Source of the DNA: Actinomycetota bacterium | Lineage (GTDB): Bacteria; Actinomycetota; UBA4738; HRBIN12 | Assembly: GCA_016201135.1 (NCBI GenBank) | Contig: JACQDK010000073.1 | Coordinates: 2,416 to 66,415 of the forward strand | Length of the DNA: 64,000 nucleotides | Direction: 5' to 3' | Shown: positions 19,119-27,638 of the stretch, one piece after another | How positions within the stretch are numbered: the first letter of the stretch is position 1 | How the letters are laid out: each line of letters starts with the position of its first letter | Translations under genes and position numbers: made by a program | Notes under the pieces: model-generated | Seen by the model: the letters and a program-made list of their open reading frames with translations, nothing else | Told to the model about the DNA's origin: nothing | Database searches by the model: none

Positions 19119-20047
19119 AGCTCACTCCTGGATCCGGACGCGGACGCGTCCAACGTCTCTTCTTCCAGCTCGCCAACCTCTGTCGAGGGTTCCTCGTCCT
19201 CTGGCACCCGGTCCCGCATCCGCCGGCCGACCAGCACGATCGCCGCTGCGAAGAAGAGCGCGACGCCGACCGCGAACCAAGCGCGCTCCCCGACGCGGGT
19301 GATGAGGTTCTGGGCGTCATCCTGGAGGGTTTGCATGAACCGGACCGGGCCACTTTCCGCGTTGCCCGACAGGAGCGAGAGCCAGTAGTACGCGACGTAC
19401 GCGCCGCTCAGAACCAGCAGACCGCCGCTGATCCTGCTCATGTATGGCATCACCAGACGGGTCCTGCGGATGAGCACGTCTCGGAACCCCGCGGTGGCGA
19501 GGCACAGGAGCATGAGGACCGTTGCCATCCCCAGGCCGTAGGCTGCGAAGACCCCTAGGATCCCCGACGCCGACCCCTGTGCGAGACCGGCCCCGATCAC
19601 CACGAGAAAGATGGGCAGCGTGCACGAGAGCGAGCCAACACCGTAGGCCACCCCGAATGCGAAGATCGAGCGGTACCCGGCGCCCCCCGAGCCGTGCCGA
19701 AGACCTGGAAGACGAAGAGCCAGATGCCGTCCGGCGAGGAGCCACAGACCTAGCACCATAAGGACTAGGCCGATCACGACCGTGACCCACGGGAGGAACC
19801 GGAGGACCGCCCGCGCCCCCAACGAGAAGACCAATCCGACCGACGCGAAGACGAGCAGGAAGCCGGCCGTCAAGACCAGGCCGACGACGAGGCCGTCGCT
19901 TACATGACCGGGTCGATCATCCTGCGGTGATCCGGCCCCCAAGTAGTAGGAGATGAAAGAAGGAAGCAGCGCGAACCCGCACGGGTTCACCGTAGCGACG
20001 AGGCCCGCGGCGAATGCAAGAGCTAGAGGCACTCCTCCGACCGTCAC
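19115..20047 (-). CDS. CcdA/DsbD-like thiol-disulfide transmembrane protein
   Basis: VNPCGFALLP, SLSCTLPIF. Confidence 0.9.
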   Translation of the reverse strand: MTVGGVPLALAFAAGLVATVNPCGFALLPSFISYYLGAGSPQDDRPGHVSDGLVVGLVLTAGFLLVFASVGLVFSLGARAVLRFLPWVTVVIGLVLMVLGLWLLAGRHLALRLPGLRHGSGGAGYRSIFAFGVAYGVGSLSCTLPIFLVVIGAGLAQGSASGILGVFAAYGLGMATVLMLLCLATAGFRDVLIRRTRLVMPYMSRISGGLLVLSGAYVAYYWLSLLSGNAESGPVRFMQTLQDDAQNLITRVGERAWFAVGVALFFAAAIVLVGRRMRDRVPEDEEPSTEVGELEEETLDASASGSRSEL

Positions 20048-20124
20048 CTACGCCCCTCCTTCCCGGTGCCGCGCTGACGACGAATCCGACGACACCGTGG
20101 TAGCGCCGAGGGCGGAGACGGAGG

Positions 20125-20775
20125 TCATGCAAGAGACCTCCCGACTGCCGCCTGCAGGGTTGCCCGGGATGTGAACCCCGAGTCCCGGAAGGTCACCTTG
20201 CCACTCGGGTCGATGACGACCGTGGTGCTGACGTCGATGACCCCGTACGACTGCGCCACCCGGAAGCCCACATCCTCGCCATACGCCATGTCGCCGCCGC
20301 CGAGGCTCCGGTAGTAGTTCGCCGCCTGCTGAGGTGACATACCGCTGTCGTCGACGACGAGCACGACGAGTCCCTGGCCCTTGAGCGCTTCCCACGTTTT
20401 CGTAAGCGTCGCGATCTCTGCGGTGCAACTGACACAGCCCTGTGCCAAGAAGTCGACGACCACCGTTCGGCCACGGTAGGACGACAGCCGAAACGTCCCA
20501 CCATCAGCCGTCGGGATGGCGAAATCAGGCGCGGTCTCGCCCGGCCTGCTGCCGAGTGGGGCCCGCCCGACGGAGGGCCGCGGGGCCCCCGCCGCAACGA
20601 CTGGACGTGAAGCTGAGGAATGGTCGGGCTCCCTCGCGAGAGCGAGATCCCAAACGACGTAGACGCCGCCGATCACAAGCCCCGCGACGACGAGGAAGAA
20701 GCCGGCTCGACGAACGATGCCCTGCCGGACCCCCGGCTCGGGCGCGCGGGCTCCCTCACACCTGTTCCCTGTCAC
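20125..20775 (-). CDS. Second membrane-anchored TlpA-like protein
   Basis: APDFAIPTADG, DFLAQGCVSC; GTGA overlap with the upstream gene. Confidence 0.85.
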   Translation of the reverse strand: MTGNRCEGARAPEPGVRQGIVRRAGFFLVVAGLVIGGVYVVWDLALAREPDHSSASRPVVAAGAPRPSVGRAPLGSRPGETAPDFAIPTADGGTFRLSSYRGRTVVVDFLAQGCVSCTAEIATLTKTWEALKGQGLVVLVVDDSGMSPQQAANYYRSLGGGDMAYGEDVGFRVAQSYGVIDVSTTVVIDPSGKVTFRDSGFTSRATLQAAVGRSLA

Positions 20776-21773
20776 CGCTGAGGTTCCCTGGACATGACCT
20801 TGCGAACTTCCCGCGTGCCGATCGCGGCCGGTGTTCGGTGGCTCGCACCCGAACGCCGGATCCTGCGATCCAGAAGGACCACGTTCAACCCAAGGAGGAT
20901 GAGGGAGAGCCCCATCAGCACGGGCGTCGACCGGTAGAGCGCGCCGACCGCCACGCCGCCCGCGACGGCGGCGACCGGCGCCCCACAGCAGACGGGGACC
21001 GTCGCGAGCGCGGGCAGTGCCGCGAACAGTCCGTGGCGTCGCACCGAGCAGCGCTCGACGGCCGGGAGCCGGAGAGACAGCGAGACGGTCCGAGCGACCA
21101 GGACCGACCCCAAGGCCAAGAACCCGATCGTCACCCAGGGGATGATCGCCGACCACCGCCCAGCAACGACGATCCAGATGCCGGTAAGCCGCCATGACGG
21201 AAGCGGATAGATGCGGAAGAGGAACGACGGCCCGGACCAGGTACCCGCCTGGATCGGGGTGACGACCCCGGACGCAATGACCACGAGGGAGGCGAAGCCG
21301 GCCCCGATGGCGGCCGCGATCACGCGCCTCGCGAGTCTGGACGGCGATGGACCCACCGAGGGAAGGTTCGAAGCGAGGGCCACGATCGCGGCGATCTCAA
21401 GCACCGTCGCGACCACGCCCCAAAGCTCCACGGGCTCGGGCCTCGGGGCTCCCGGGGGTGGGATCAATCGCGTAGTCATCCAGGTGGCTACTAGCACGGC
21501 GCCTCCCCACAGCCCGATCCGATACACGCGGGGGCTTGGCATCAGGAGCAAGGCGAACGCCAGCCACAGCTGGAACGCGTCCGCGGCCAGGAAGAACAGG
21601 CCGAACTGCGGTCCGTCGCGGAAGTGTTCCGGGGTCAGGAAGAGGTGGACGTTCGCTGCCCCCAGCACGAGGGCCACCGTTAGGAAGGTGGCCGACGGCG
21701 ATATGGCCCGCGCCCCCGAGGCCGGCTCCGGCCAGTTGCTCAACTCCACCTCGTGAACGTCATGGACCTTCAT
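20772..21773 (-). CDS. Polytopic membrane protein with His and vicinal Cys motifs
   Basis: VHLFLTPEHF near the N-terminus, PVCCGAP near the C-terminus. Confidence 0.7.
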   Translation of the reverse strand: MKVHDVHEVELSNWPEPASGARAISPSATFLTVALVLGAANVHLFLTPEHFRDGPQFGLFFLAADAFQLWLAFALLLMPSPRVYRIGLWGGAVLVATWMTTRLIPPPGAPRPEPVELWGVVATVLEIAAIVALASNLPSVGPSPSRLARRVIAAAIGAGFASLVVIASGVVTPIQAGTWSGPSFLFRIYPLPSWRLTGIWIVVAGRWSAIIPWVTIGFLALGSVLVARTVSLSLRLPAVERCSVRRHGLFAALPALATVPVCCGAPVAAVAGGVAVGALYRSTPVLMGLSLILLGLNVVLLDRRIRRSGASHRTPAAIGTREVRKVMSREPQR

Positions 21774-21783
21774 CCAGGAAGGG

Positions 21784-21805
21784 ATTCTACTACGAGCGCG
21801 TAGGA
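21784..21805 (-). promoter_or_regulatory. Candidate BlaI-type operator overlapping the -10 box
   Basis: TACTAC-N6-GTAGGA (21788-21805); minus-strand TAGAAT 10 nt before ATG 21773. Confidence 0.7.
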
Positions 21806-22103
21806 CTCATGCTCGAGGCCCGAGCGCTCCACAAGCAACGACCGGGGGTGTCAAACGTTTGCGCCGAAGTCGCCATCTTCGCCTGCGGGGCATCCTCGGC
21901 TCGGGACGTCGGGGACGTGATGTAGCACTGGTCGAGGAACTCGCCACAATCACGATGTCTGGGTGACGAAGCCACCAGCGCCGTGCGGCCCCACTTCGCA
22001 AGCGGCCGACCCTCTCGCACCAGGACCTTGTGTCTTGCTCCGCTACTTCCTCGCGAAGTTCAGCAGCCGGACCCCCCAGCAGCCTCGTCTCGTCGTTGCT
22101 CCA

Positions 22104-22126
22104 ATCCTACTACGTAGCCGTAGTAG
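22104..22126. promoter_or_regulatory. Candidate BlaI-type operator
   Basis: CTACTACG-TAGC-CGTAGTAG perfect palindrome; minus-strand TAGGAT overlaps. Confidence 0.65.
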
Positions 22127-22172
22127 CCCGTCGGCGGACATCGACGCGTAGTTCTTCTCTTGGCGGAACGCT

Positions 22173-22478
22173 TCAGATCGGGCCGTCCCAAGACGTCCTG
22201 ATCCGTTGATGCCACCGGCCTCGCACGCTCACCTCCATCTCAGCCGGCGGGTCGCCGATCGATGGATGCACGAAGAGGAGGAAGTCACCGGCATTGAGTT
22301 CCCTGAAGTTCGAGAGGCGCGAGGGCGCCTCCGTGGAGGTGTGAACAGTTCTCACCGACGCCCCGCAGCAAGTGAGCCTAGTCACCCAAACGTAGAGGCG
22401 GCCGCCTCTCCCGTGTATGAACGCACTTGCCTCGGGGGAGGCCACTACGCGAACCGGGCTCAGTCCCTCCTCGGCCAC
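22173..22478 (-). CDS. Small CC-motif hypothetical protein, paralog of 11747-12049
   Basis: VVASPEASAFIHGRGGRLYVW...TCCG. Confidence 0.7.
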   Translation of the reverse strand: MAEEGLSPVRVVASPEASAFIHGRGGRLYVWVTRLTCCGASVRTVHTSTEAPSRLSNFRELNAGDFLLFVHPSIGDPPAEMEVSVRGRWHQRIRTSWDGPI

Positions 22479-22569
22479 CTCCGGCGTGCCGACCGGGTGG
22501 GCCAGATCGAGCGGTGTCTTGCTCGTTGCTTGCCACGGCCCGCCTCCATCCTCGACTTCGCGATCGATC

Positions 22570-22587
22570 TACTACTTGATTGTAGGA
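22570..22587. promoter_or_regulatory. Candidate BlaI-type operator
   Basis: TACTAC-N6-GTAGGA. Confidence 0.6.
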
Positions 22588-23005
22588 GCTGCCACCTGCG
22601 GCTGCGGGTCTCGCTGAACTGGCTCGTCGCGGAGCCGCAACAGCAACCCCGCGAGGCCAAGAGGTAGACCGTCGTCGCCAGGAGCGGAGACAGGAAGAAG
22701 TTCCAGCCGGCGCCGACCATCAGCCGGTCGATCGCCCACGTCCCGCCGACGGCGGGGACGGCGAAGGCGTTCTCCCAGAGTGCCGCCGGGGGCCGCGCCG
22801 CCCGAATCGTCCGACCACGAGTAACGAGGAGGGCGAGCCCAACGTACGCGAGGGTGCCGCCGGCCACGAAGAGGAAGACTTCAGCCTGGGACGGAAGGCC
22901 GAACCTACCCAGACACAGGGCACCCGTGGTCCAGATGGTGAGCGTATAGCCGTATGGAACGCCGGCCTTGCTCACCACCTCGGTGAGCGACTCCGAGATC
23001 TTCAG
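22575..23005 (-). pseudogene. Membrane protein, probably frameshifted near the C-terminus
   Basis: PYGYTLTIWTTGA...VFLFVAGG; the last TM (ATTVYLL) continues as GLAGLLLRL only in another frame; ends approximate. Confidence 0.45.
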
Positions 23006-23148
23006 TCCCGGTACTCCTTCGTCGATGCCCAGGGATCGTTCTTGCAGCACTCGTCCTCATCGTCGTCGGGCTCAAGATCTGGGTCAGTGGCGGTCTCCGG
23101 CTCCGTGTCCGCGCTCCAATCGAGCCGCTGTGGGGCACACCAGCACAT
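23002..23148 (-). CDS. 48-aa acidic Cys-rich peptide
   Basis: RBS GGGAGG then MCWCAPQ...DDDEDECCK. Confidence 0.45.
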   Translation of the reverse strand: MCWCAPQRLDWSADTEPETATDPDLEPDDDEDECCKNDPWASTKEYRD

Positions 23149-23289
23149 GCAAGCCTCCCTTCGGTCGTCATTCTCATTAGTCGTGCTTGACTCGATGCAG
23201 GGCGCGTTTTCGTGCGGCGGCTGGTAGGAACCTCGGGTGAGCCGAACGAGCTCCGCCCGCCGAGGTGTATCGGGCAAGAGAGCCTGTCG

Positions 23290-23346
23290 ATGGGACTCAC
23301 CTACACACCCCTCGCAGGTCATGCCGTGGAACCGCATCCGCTTCAT
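23290..23346 (-). pseudogene. Heavy-metal-associated (HMA) domain N-terminal fragment
   Basis: MKRMRFHGMTCEGCV, then similarity is lost. Confidence 0.5.
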
Positions 23347-23396
23347 GGGCCACCCCCTCGTCCTCCACCGGCGTCCGACGCTGCGCTCGAATCTAC

Positions 23397-23414
23397 TCCT
23401 ACCCGGCAGTAGTA
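23397..23414. promoter_or_regulatory. Candidate BlaI-type operator
   Basis: TCCTAC-N6-GTAGTA upstream of the HMA fragment. Confidence 0.6.
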
Positions 23415-23445
23415 GGCTGACGATGGCCCGTCGGCACGAGAAGGC

Positions 23446-24459
23446 TCAGAAGTGACGGAACAGGCTCGCCGCGTTCGCATCGGCCCGCGAGATCCAGGTC
23501 AGGGCGACCCAGCCGATCGGAAAGGCCATGACCAGATGGGCGAGGAGCGGCCAGAGCGGGAACCACTTCGGGAACCTGATGGCGGGCATCATCGGCGGCA
23601 TCACGACCATCATCGCCAGCCACACGAAGACGCCCCAGGCGAAGGCCAGCCCCCAGTTCCCGTCGCCGGCCAGCATCGTGTACATTATCCCGAAGCTCAC
23701 CCCGTTCAGCGCGTGCCAGGTGTAGCCCCAAAGTGTCACCTTGGCTCGGGAGGTCCCCGTCTCCTCGAGTGTGTCGGGAAGCGCCCTGGAGGCGAGGTGA
23801 CGAAACGTGTTCATCGGTATCTTGGGCAGACCGCGAGGCTGCGAGTATGGGAGCCCGTCCACCCCCTGGGCGGCCTCATCCATCGCCCGCATCAAGATCA
23901 GACGGGTCTCCTCCGGAAGCTCCGCCAGCACCGCCATCTGGGTGGCCATGACCTGCCGGCGAGGCGGATCCGGGAGGCGCCCCAGTCCGGCCATCATGGC
24001 CCCGACGACGGCTCGGCGCTTGGCGGGCTCCAATCTGGCGACGGCGGGGAGCCGAACGGCCATCATCCGCCGGCGTTCCTGTTCGGGGACCCGGGAAAGG
24101 TGCTCGACCAGGCGGCCGATCATGTTGCGCTGAAAACGCGGGGCATCTCCCAGGGCGATGACCCCGAACATCATGGGCATGTCCATGGGGAAGAGGCGCA
24201 GGCCCAGCCCGATGAGGCGGACGATGTCCAGGGCGATCGTGGCCAGGAGGCCGCCCAGGGCCCCCCAGGCAACCAGCTGGACCACCGGCTCGTCCTGCGC
24301 GATTCCGTAGATCATCAGCGCGGCGTAGGCGATCAGAGCGGGCACCCCCAGGTGCCGGATCACCTTCGGAGCGGGAACGCCGAGGATCCGGTCGGCGAGG
24401 AGCAGTGTGATGGGGCCGGCGGTGAGCGCGAACAGCGGGATCAAGAGCCACCAGTTCAT
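23446..24459 (-). CDS. Membrane protein with an inserted block of four 19-aa repeats; Met-rich
   Basis: RBS GGGAGG; PMDMPMMFG, repeats AMMAGLGRLPDPPRRQVMA etc., GYTWH, AMMVVMPPMMP, LAHL. Confidence 0.8.
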   Translation of the reverse strand: MNWWLLIPLFALTAGPITLLLADRILGVPAPKVIRHLGVPALIAYAALMIYGIAQDEPVVQLVAWGALGGLLATIALDIVRLIGLGLRLFPMDMPMMFGVIALGDAPRFQRNMIGRLVEHLSRVPEQERRRMMAVRLPAVARLEPAKRRAVVGAMMAGLGRLPDPPRRQVMATQMAVLAELPEETRLILMRAMDEAAQGVDGLPYSQPRGLPKIPMNTFRHLASRALPDTLEETGTSRAKVTLWGYTWHALNGVSFGIMYTMLAGDGNWGLAFAWGVFVWLAMMVVMPPMMPAIRFPKWFPLWPLLAHLVMAFPIGWVALTWISRADANAASLFRHF

Positions 24460-24492
24460 GACGAACCTCCCAGAGAGCGTTTCTCCAGTGAT

Positions 24493-24924
24493 TTGGTCGA
24501 GGAGGAGGCGACATCGGGTCCCCGGTTCCGCCTCCTGTACGACGGGCGCTGCGGGTTGTGCGGCCGGTTCGCCGGGCCCGCCGGGCGGCTGGACCGACAG
24601 GGTCGGCTCGCCCTCCTGCCCTTCGACGATCCGCTCGCGGCAGTAGATCTGGCCCGCCTCCCAGACGAGAAGCGCTACTCGGCGTTCCACCTGGTGGCTC
24701 CGGCCGGAAGAATCCGGAGCGGAGAGGAGGCGGTGCTTCCCACCCTGGACCTGCTCGCCGGCGGGAAGGAGCTCGCGGCCGTCCTCCGCCTGGCTCCCGG
24801 CGGCGAGCTAGCGGTGCGGGGAGCGTACCGGTGGGTGGCCCGGAATCGCACGACCCTGGAGCGGTTGTTTCCGGATAGCAGGGATCGCAGGAAATCCTGT
24901 GACGTTGAACGAGATGGAGGGTGA
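24493..24924 (+). CDS. DCC1-like thiol-disulfide oxidoreductase (DUF393)
   Basis: LLYDGRCGLC, YRWVARNR; start uncertain. Confidence 0.85.
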   Translation: MVEEEATSGPRFRLLYDGRCGLCGRFAGPAGRLDRQGRLALLPFDDPLAAVDLARLPDEKRYSAFHLVAPAGRIRSGEEAVLPTLDLLAGGKELAAVLRLAPGGELAVRGAYRWVARNRTTLERLFPDSRDRRKSCDVERDGG

Positions 24925-24931
24925 GCGCCGC

Positions 24932-25579
24932 ATGGTGAGCCGGACCGATTGGGCCGAACTGACGGACGAGGAGCTCGCGATCCGGTGCTCGGAGCACGTC
25001 GCCGGCTGCATGGACGAGCTCGTCGGCCGGTACGAGCAGCGGGTGCGGGACTGCGCCCAGCGGATGAGCCTGGATCGGCAGGACGCCGAAGACGCGGTGC
25101 AGGAGATCTTCCTCCGCATGGTGAGCTCGCTGCCTCGGTTCCAGGGGAAGTCGGCCTTCGCCACCTGGATGTACCGCCTCTCCCACAACACGTGCATCGA
25201 CGCGTTCCGCAAGGGCACCCGAGACAAAGAGCACCGGCTCACGACGGTTCCCAAAGACGAAGAGGGGGATCCGCTGGATCGCGTCGCGGCGAAGTTCGGA
25301 GACCCCGAGGCGGAACTCGACGCCACGATCCAGGAGTGCTACCTGGGGCAAGCCCTAGCCGGCCTCCCGGAGAGTTATCGGGACATCGTCCGCCTGCGCC
25401 TCGGGGAGGGGCGATCGAACGGGGAGGTCGCCCAGCTCCTCGGGACGACCGTCGACTCGGTGAAGTCGAAGCTGCGGCGCGCGCGCAAGCTCCTGCAGGA
25501 GCGCCTGCTCGAGCGGCGATCCTGCCCGATCTGCAAACAGATGGGCCCCTTCAGGCTGGAGGCATCGGGGGTCGACTGA
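24932..25579 (+). CDS. ECF sigma-70 factor with C-terminal CxxC
   Basis: DAEDAVQEIF, SAFATWMYR, TVDSVKSKLRRAR, SCPICK. Confidence 0.9.
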   Translation: MVSRTDWAELTDEELAIRCSEHVAGCMDELVGRYEQRVRDCAQRMSLDRQDAEDAVQEIFLRMVSSLPRFQGKSAFATWMYRLSHNTCIDAFRKGTRDKEHRLTTVPKDEEGDPLDRVAAKFGDPEAELDATIQECYLGQALAGLPESYRDIVRLRLGEGRSNGEVAQLLGTTVDSVKSKLRRARKLLQERLLERRSCPICKQMGPFRLEASGVD

Positions 25580-26000
25580 GCAGGCGGCCCGTGCCGTCTT
25601 GCTCGATCGAGGCATCGCAGCACCATTCGGCGGAACGTCCGAAGCGCGCCTCGCATCGCGCGCGTTGCCGCGCGACCGCCTCGTCCACGCCACACGCAGG
25701 ATCGCCCCCTGAGGGTTCAAGAGTCACGTCTGGTGTGCGCGCAGCCGCGCCCGCGATCCGGCGGCGGACGAGCGTGAACGCGATCAGCACGTTCGGCACG
25801 AATGCCACAGGCACTGAGACGATCGTGACCGTGTCGTGGATCTCGACCGCGTGGGCCAGGTACAGGGACATCGAGACCAGCAGGAGCGCGTACGTCAACA
25901 GCGAAACGCCGCTCCCCGGCTCGCGACGGAGCTTCAGCACCTGCGGCCACGCCACGCCCTGGCCCAACACCAGCCCGATCCAACCGTAGACGTCGCCCAC
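25551..26000 (-). CDS. PQ-loop/SemiSWEET-like membrane protein
   Basis: WPQVLKL...GVSLLTY; RBS GAGGAG. Confidence 0.65.
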   Translation of the reverse strand: MGDVYGWIGLVLGQGVAWPQVLKLRREPGSGVSLLTYALLLVSMSLYLAHAVEIHDTVTIVSVPVAFVPNVLIAFTLVRRRIAGAAARTPDVTLEPSGGDPACGVDEAVARQRARCEARFGRSAEWCCDASIEQDGTGRLLSRPPMPPA

Positions 26001-26096
26001 GTTGTTCTCCTCGTGATGGTGTTGGTCGCAGCTGAGCCGGACGCGAGCCACTCACCGACGCGAATCCCGACTAAACCATGCAGGAGGACACAGGCG

Positions 26097-26465
26097 ATGT
26101 TGACGATCCAGTGCCCGGAGTGTGGCGAGAAGGTCCCGGTGCCGCCTCAGGAGGTCGGTCTCTGGAAGCGCCCGGATGGGTGCAACCTGCTTCGCTTCAC
26201 GTGTCCGGTATGCGGTCGCGGAAGCGGCGGGTGTCTCGGAGAGGACGCTTTGGAGCTTCTGCGATCCGAAGGCGTGATGGGGATTGACGTGCCGGCCGAG
26301 GTCCTGGAGTCGCACGACGGGCCGCCGCTAACGCTGGACGACCTCATCGATTTGCACTTCCTGCTGGAGTCGGACGGCTGGAAGAGGCAGCTCGCGGAGA
26401 CGACGGGCGAAGGCTGGGTGCGCCGTCTCGCTCGGGTGGCGAACAAGCGCAAGGCCGCCGTGTGA
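26097..26465 (+). CDS. Zinc-ribbon hypothetical protein
   Basis: CPECG, CPVCG, GPPLTLDDLIDLH; RBS AGGAGG. Confidence 0.75.
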   Translation: MLTIQCPECGEKVPVPPQEVGLWKRPDGCNLLRFTCPVCGRGSGGCLGEDALELLRSEGVMGIDVPAEVLESHDGPPLTLDDLIDLHFLLESDGWKRQLAETTGEGWVRRLARVANKRKAAV

Positions 26466-26485
26466 CGATCGGTGGATGGCGAGCA

Positions 26486-26638
26486 ATGAAGCAGATCAGG
26501 ATCCAGAAGAAGGTCCCCCGTCCGAGACGGGACCGGTACGAGGTGCTGCCGTTGGACCCGCGGGACCCCGACATCGTTCGTGCGAAACGGGGCGGGACCC
26601 GGCTCACCCACGACGCGACTGGCAGGCGAGCTGCCTGA
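26486..26638 (+). CDS. 50-aa basic hypothetical protein
   Basis: Below the track cutoff; MKQIRIQKKVPRPRRDRYEVLPLDPRDPDIVRAK... Confidence 0.5.
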   Translation: MKQIRIQKKVPRPRRDRYEVLPLDPRDPDIVRAKRGGTRLTHDATGRRAA

Positions 26639-26668
26639 CGTCCGTGCTGCTGGCATAGGATCGCGGCG

Positions 26669-27352
26669 TTAGTTCGCGCGCTGGAGCAGTGCGGGCGGCT
26701 CGGGCCGCGTCCGCGGCCCGGGCCAGCGACTCGGCCGGCAAGGCGCTGGATCATGGCGGCCTGGTCCACAGACTCGATCGCCTCCTCGCAGTAGGTGCGC
26801 CGAACCCGGCGGATCGCTTCTCGTGGCGAGAGCCCCTGGAGCACGAGAAGCCCAGCGAGGGTTGAGCCCGTCCGGCCGTGGCCTCCGGCGCAGCCGATCT
26901 CCGCCCGGCGACCTTCGGACTCCTGCTCGAGCAGCCACCGGAGTGCCAGCTTGAAGCGGCTGGAGTCTTGAGGAACCCCGAGATCGGGCCACGGTAGACG
27001 ACGATCTGGCCCCTCGGCCTTCGGGCTAACGGCGGTCGGAGCCCGGGCGAGCACACCAGCCCCGCCGACGCCCAGCTCCCGCTGGTGGAGGATGGAGAAC
27101 GAGGGTCGAGTCTCACAAGTGGTGGGCCGATGAGAGTGGCCGAGTCACGTGCAGGGCGCGAGGAGGCCGGGAAGTTGAGCCCACCCTCGAGGACATCGCC
27201 AAGCTCGGGCCGACTGCGCCTCTTCCCGTGGCTCCATGCGGTCTCCTCGATGACCGTCCATCGGCTCCTGTACGAGCGCTTTCCGCCAGATCGCCCCGGT
27301 GTCTCCGACATCGTCGAGGCCGACGACGGTCACCGCGGGAGCCTGCTGTCAT
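26669..27352 (-). pseudogene. Protein-tyrosine/dual-specificity phosphatase, multiply frameshifted
   Basis: WPD loop PWPDLGVP and CX5R motif GCAGGHGRTGS in one frame; 5' part scattered over other frames; ends approximate. Confidence 0.65.
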
Positions 27353-27638
27353 GGCTGGTCTGGCCGTACGGTATCGGGCTCGTGCAGATTCTCGAACTCG
27401 AATCCACCGAGCTGGCCATCCGTATGAACCAGGCTGTCAACGCGATCGTTCTCCGATCCACTCCTCGGCAGAATCATCGGCGCGGGCTGAATCTCTCGGC
27501 GCCCGCGCCGTGTTCCATGCAACTGGGCGCCAGACACCCGTTATATGAACGGGTCCCACAACGAAACGTCCCATCAGACCTGATGGAAATCTGATGGGCT
27601 CGCTCTGCCCAGGGGATCGGCTGTTGGCCGGCCTTGGC

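Noticed and set aside
21790..22103. GSGC-TGA in frame with ORF 21790-22020 as a possible selenoprotein
   Set aside because: No recognisable domain and no convincing SECIS; looks like decayed sequence.
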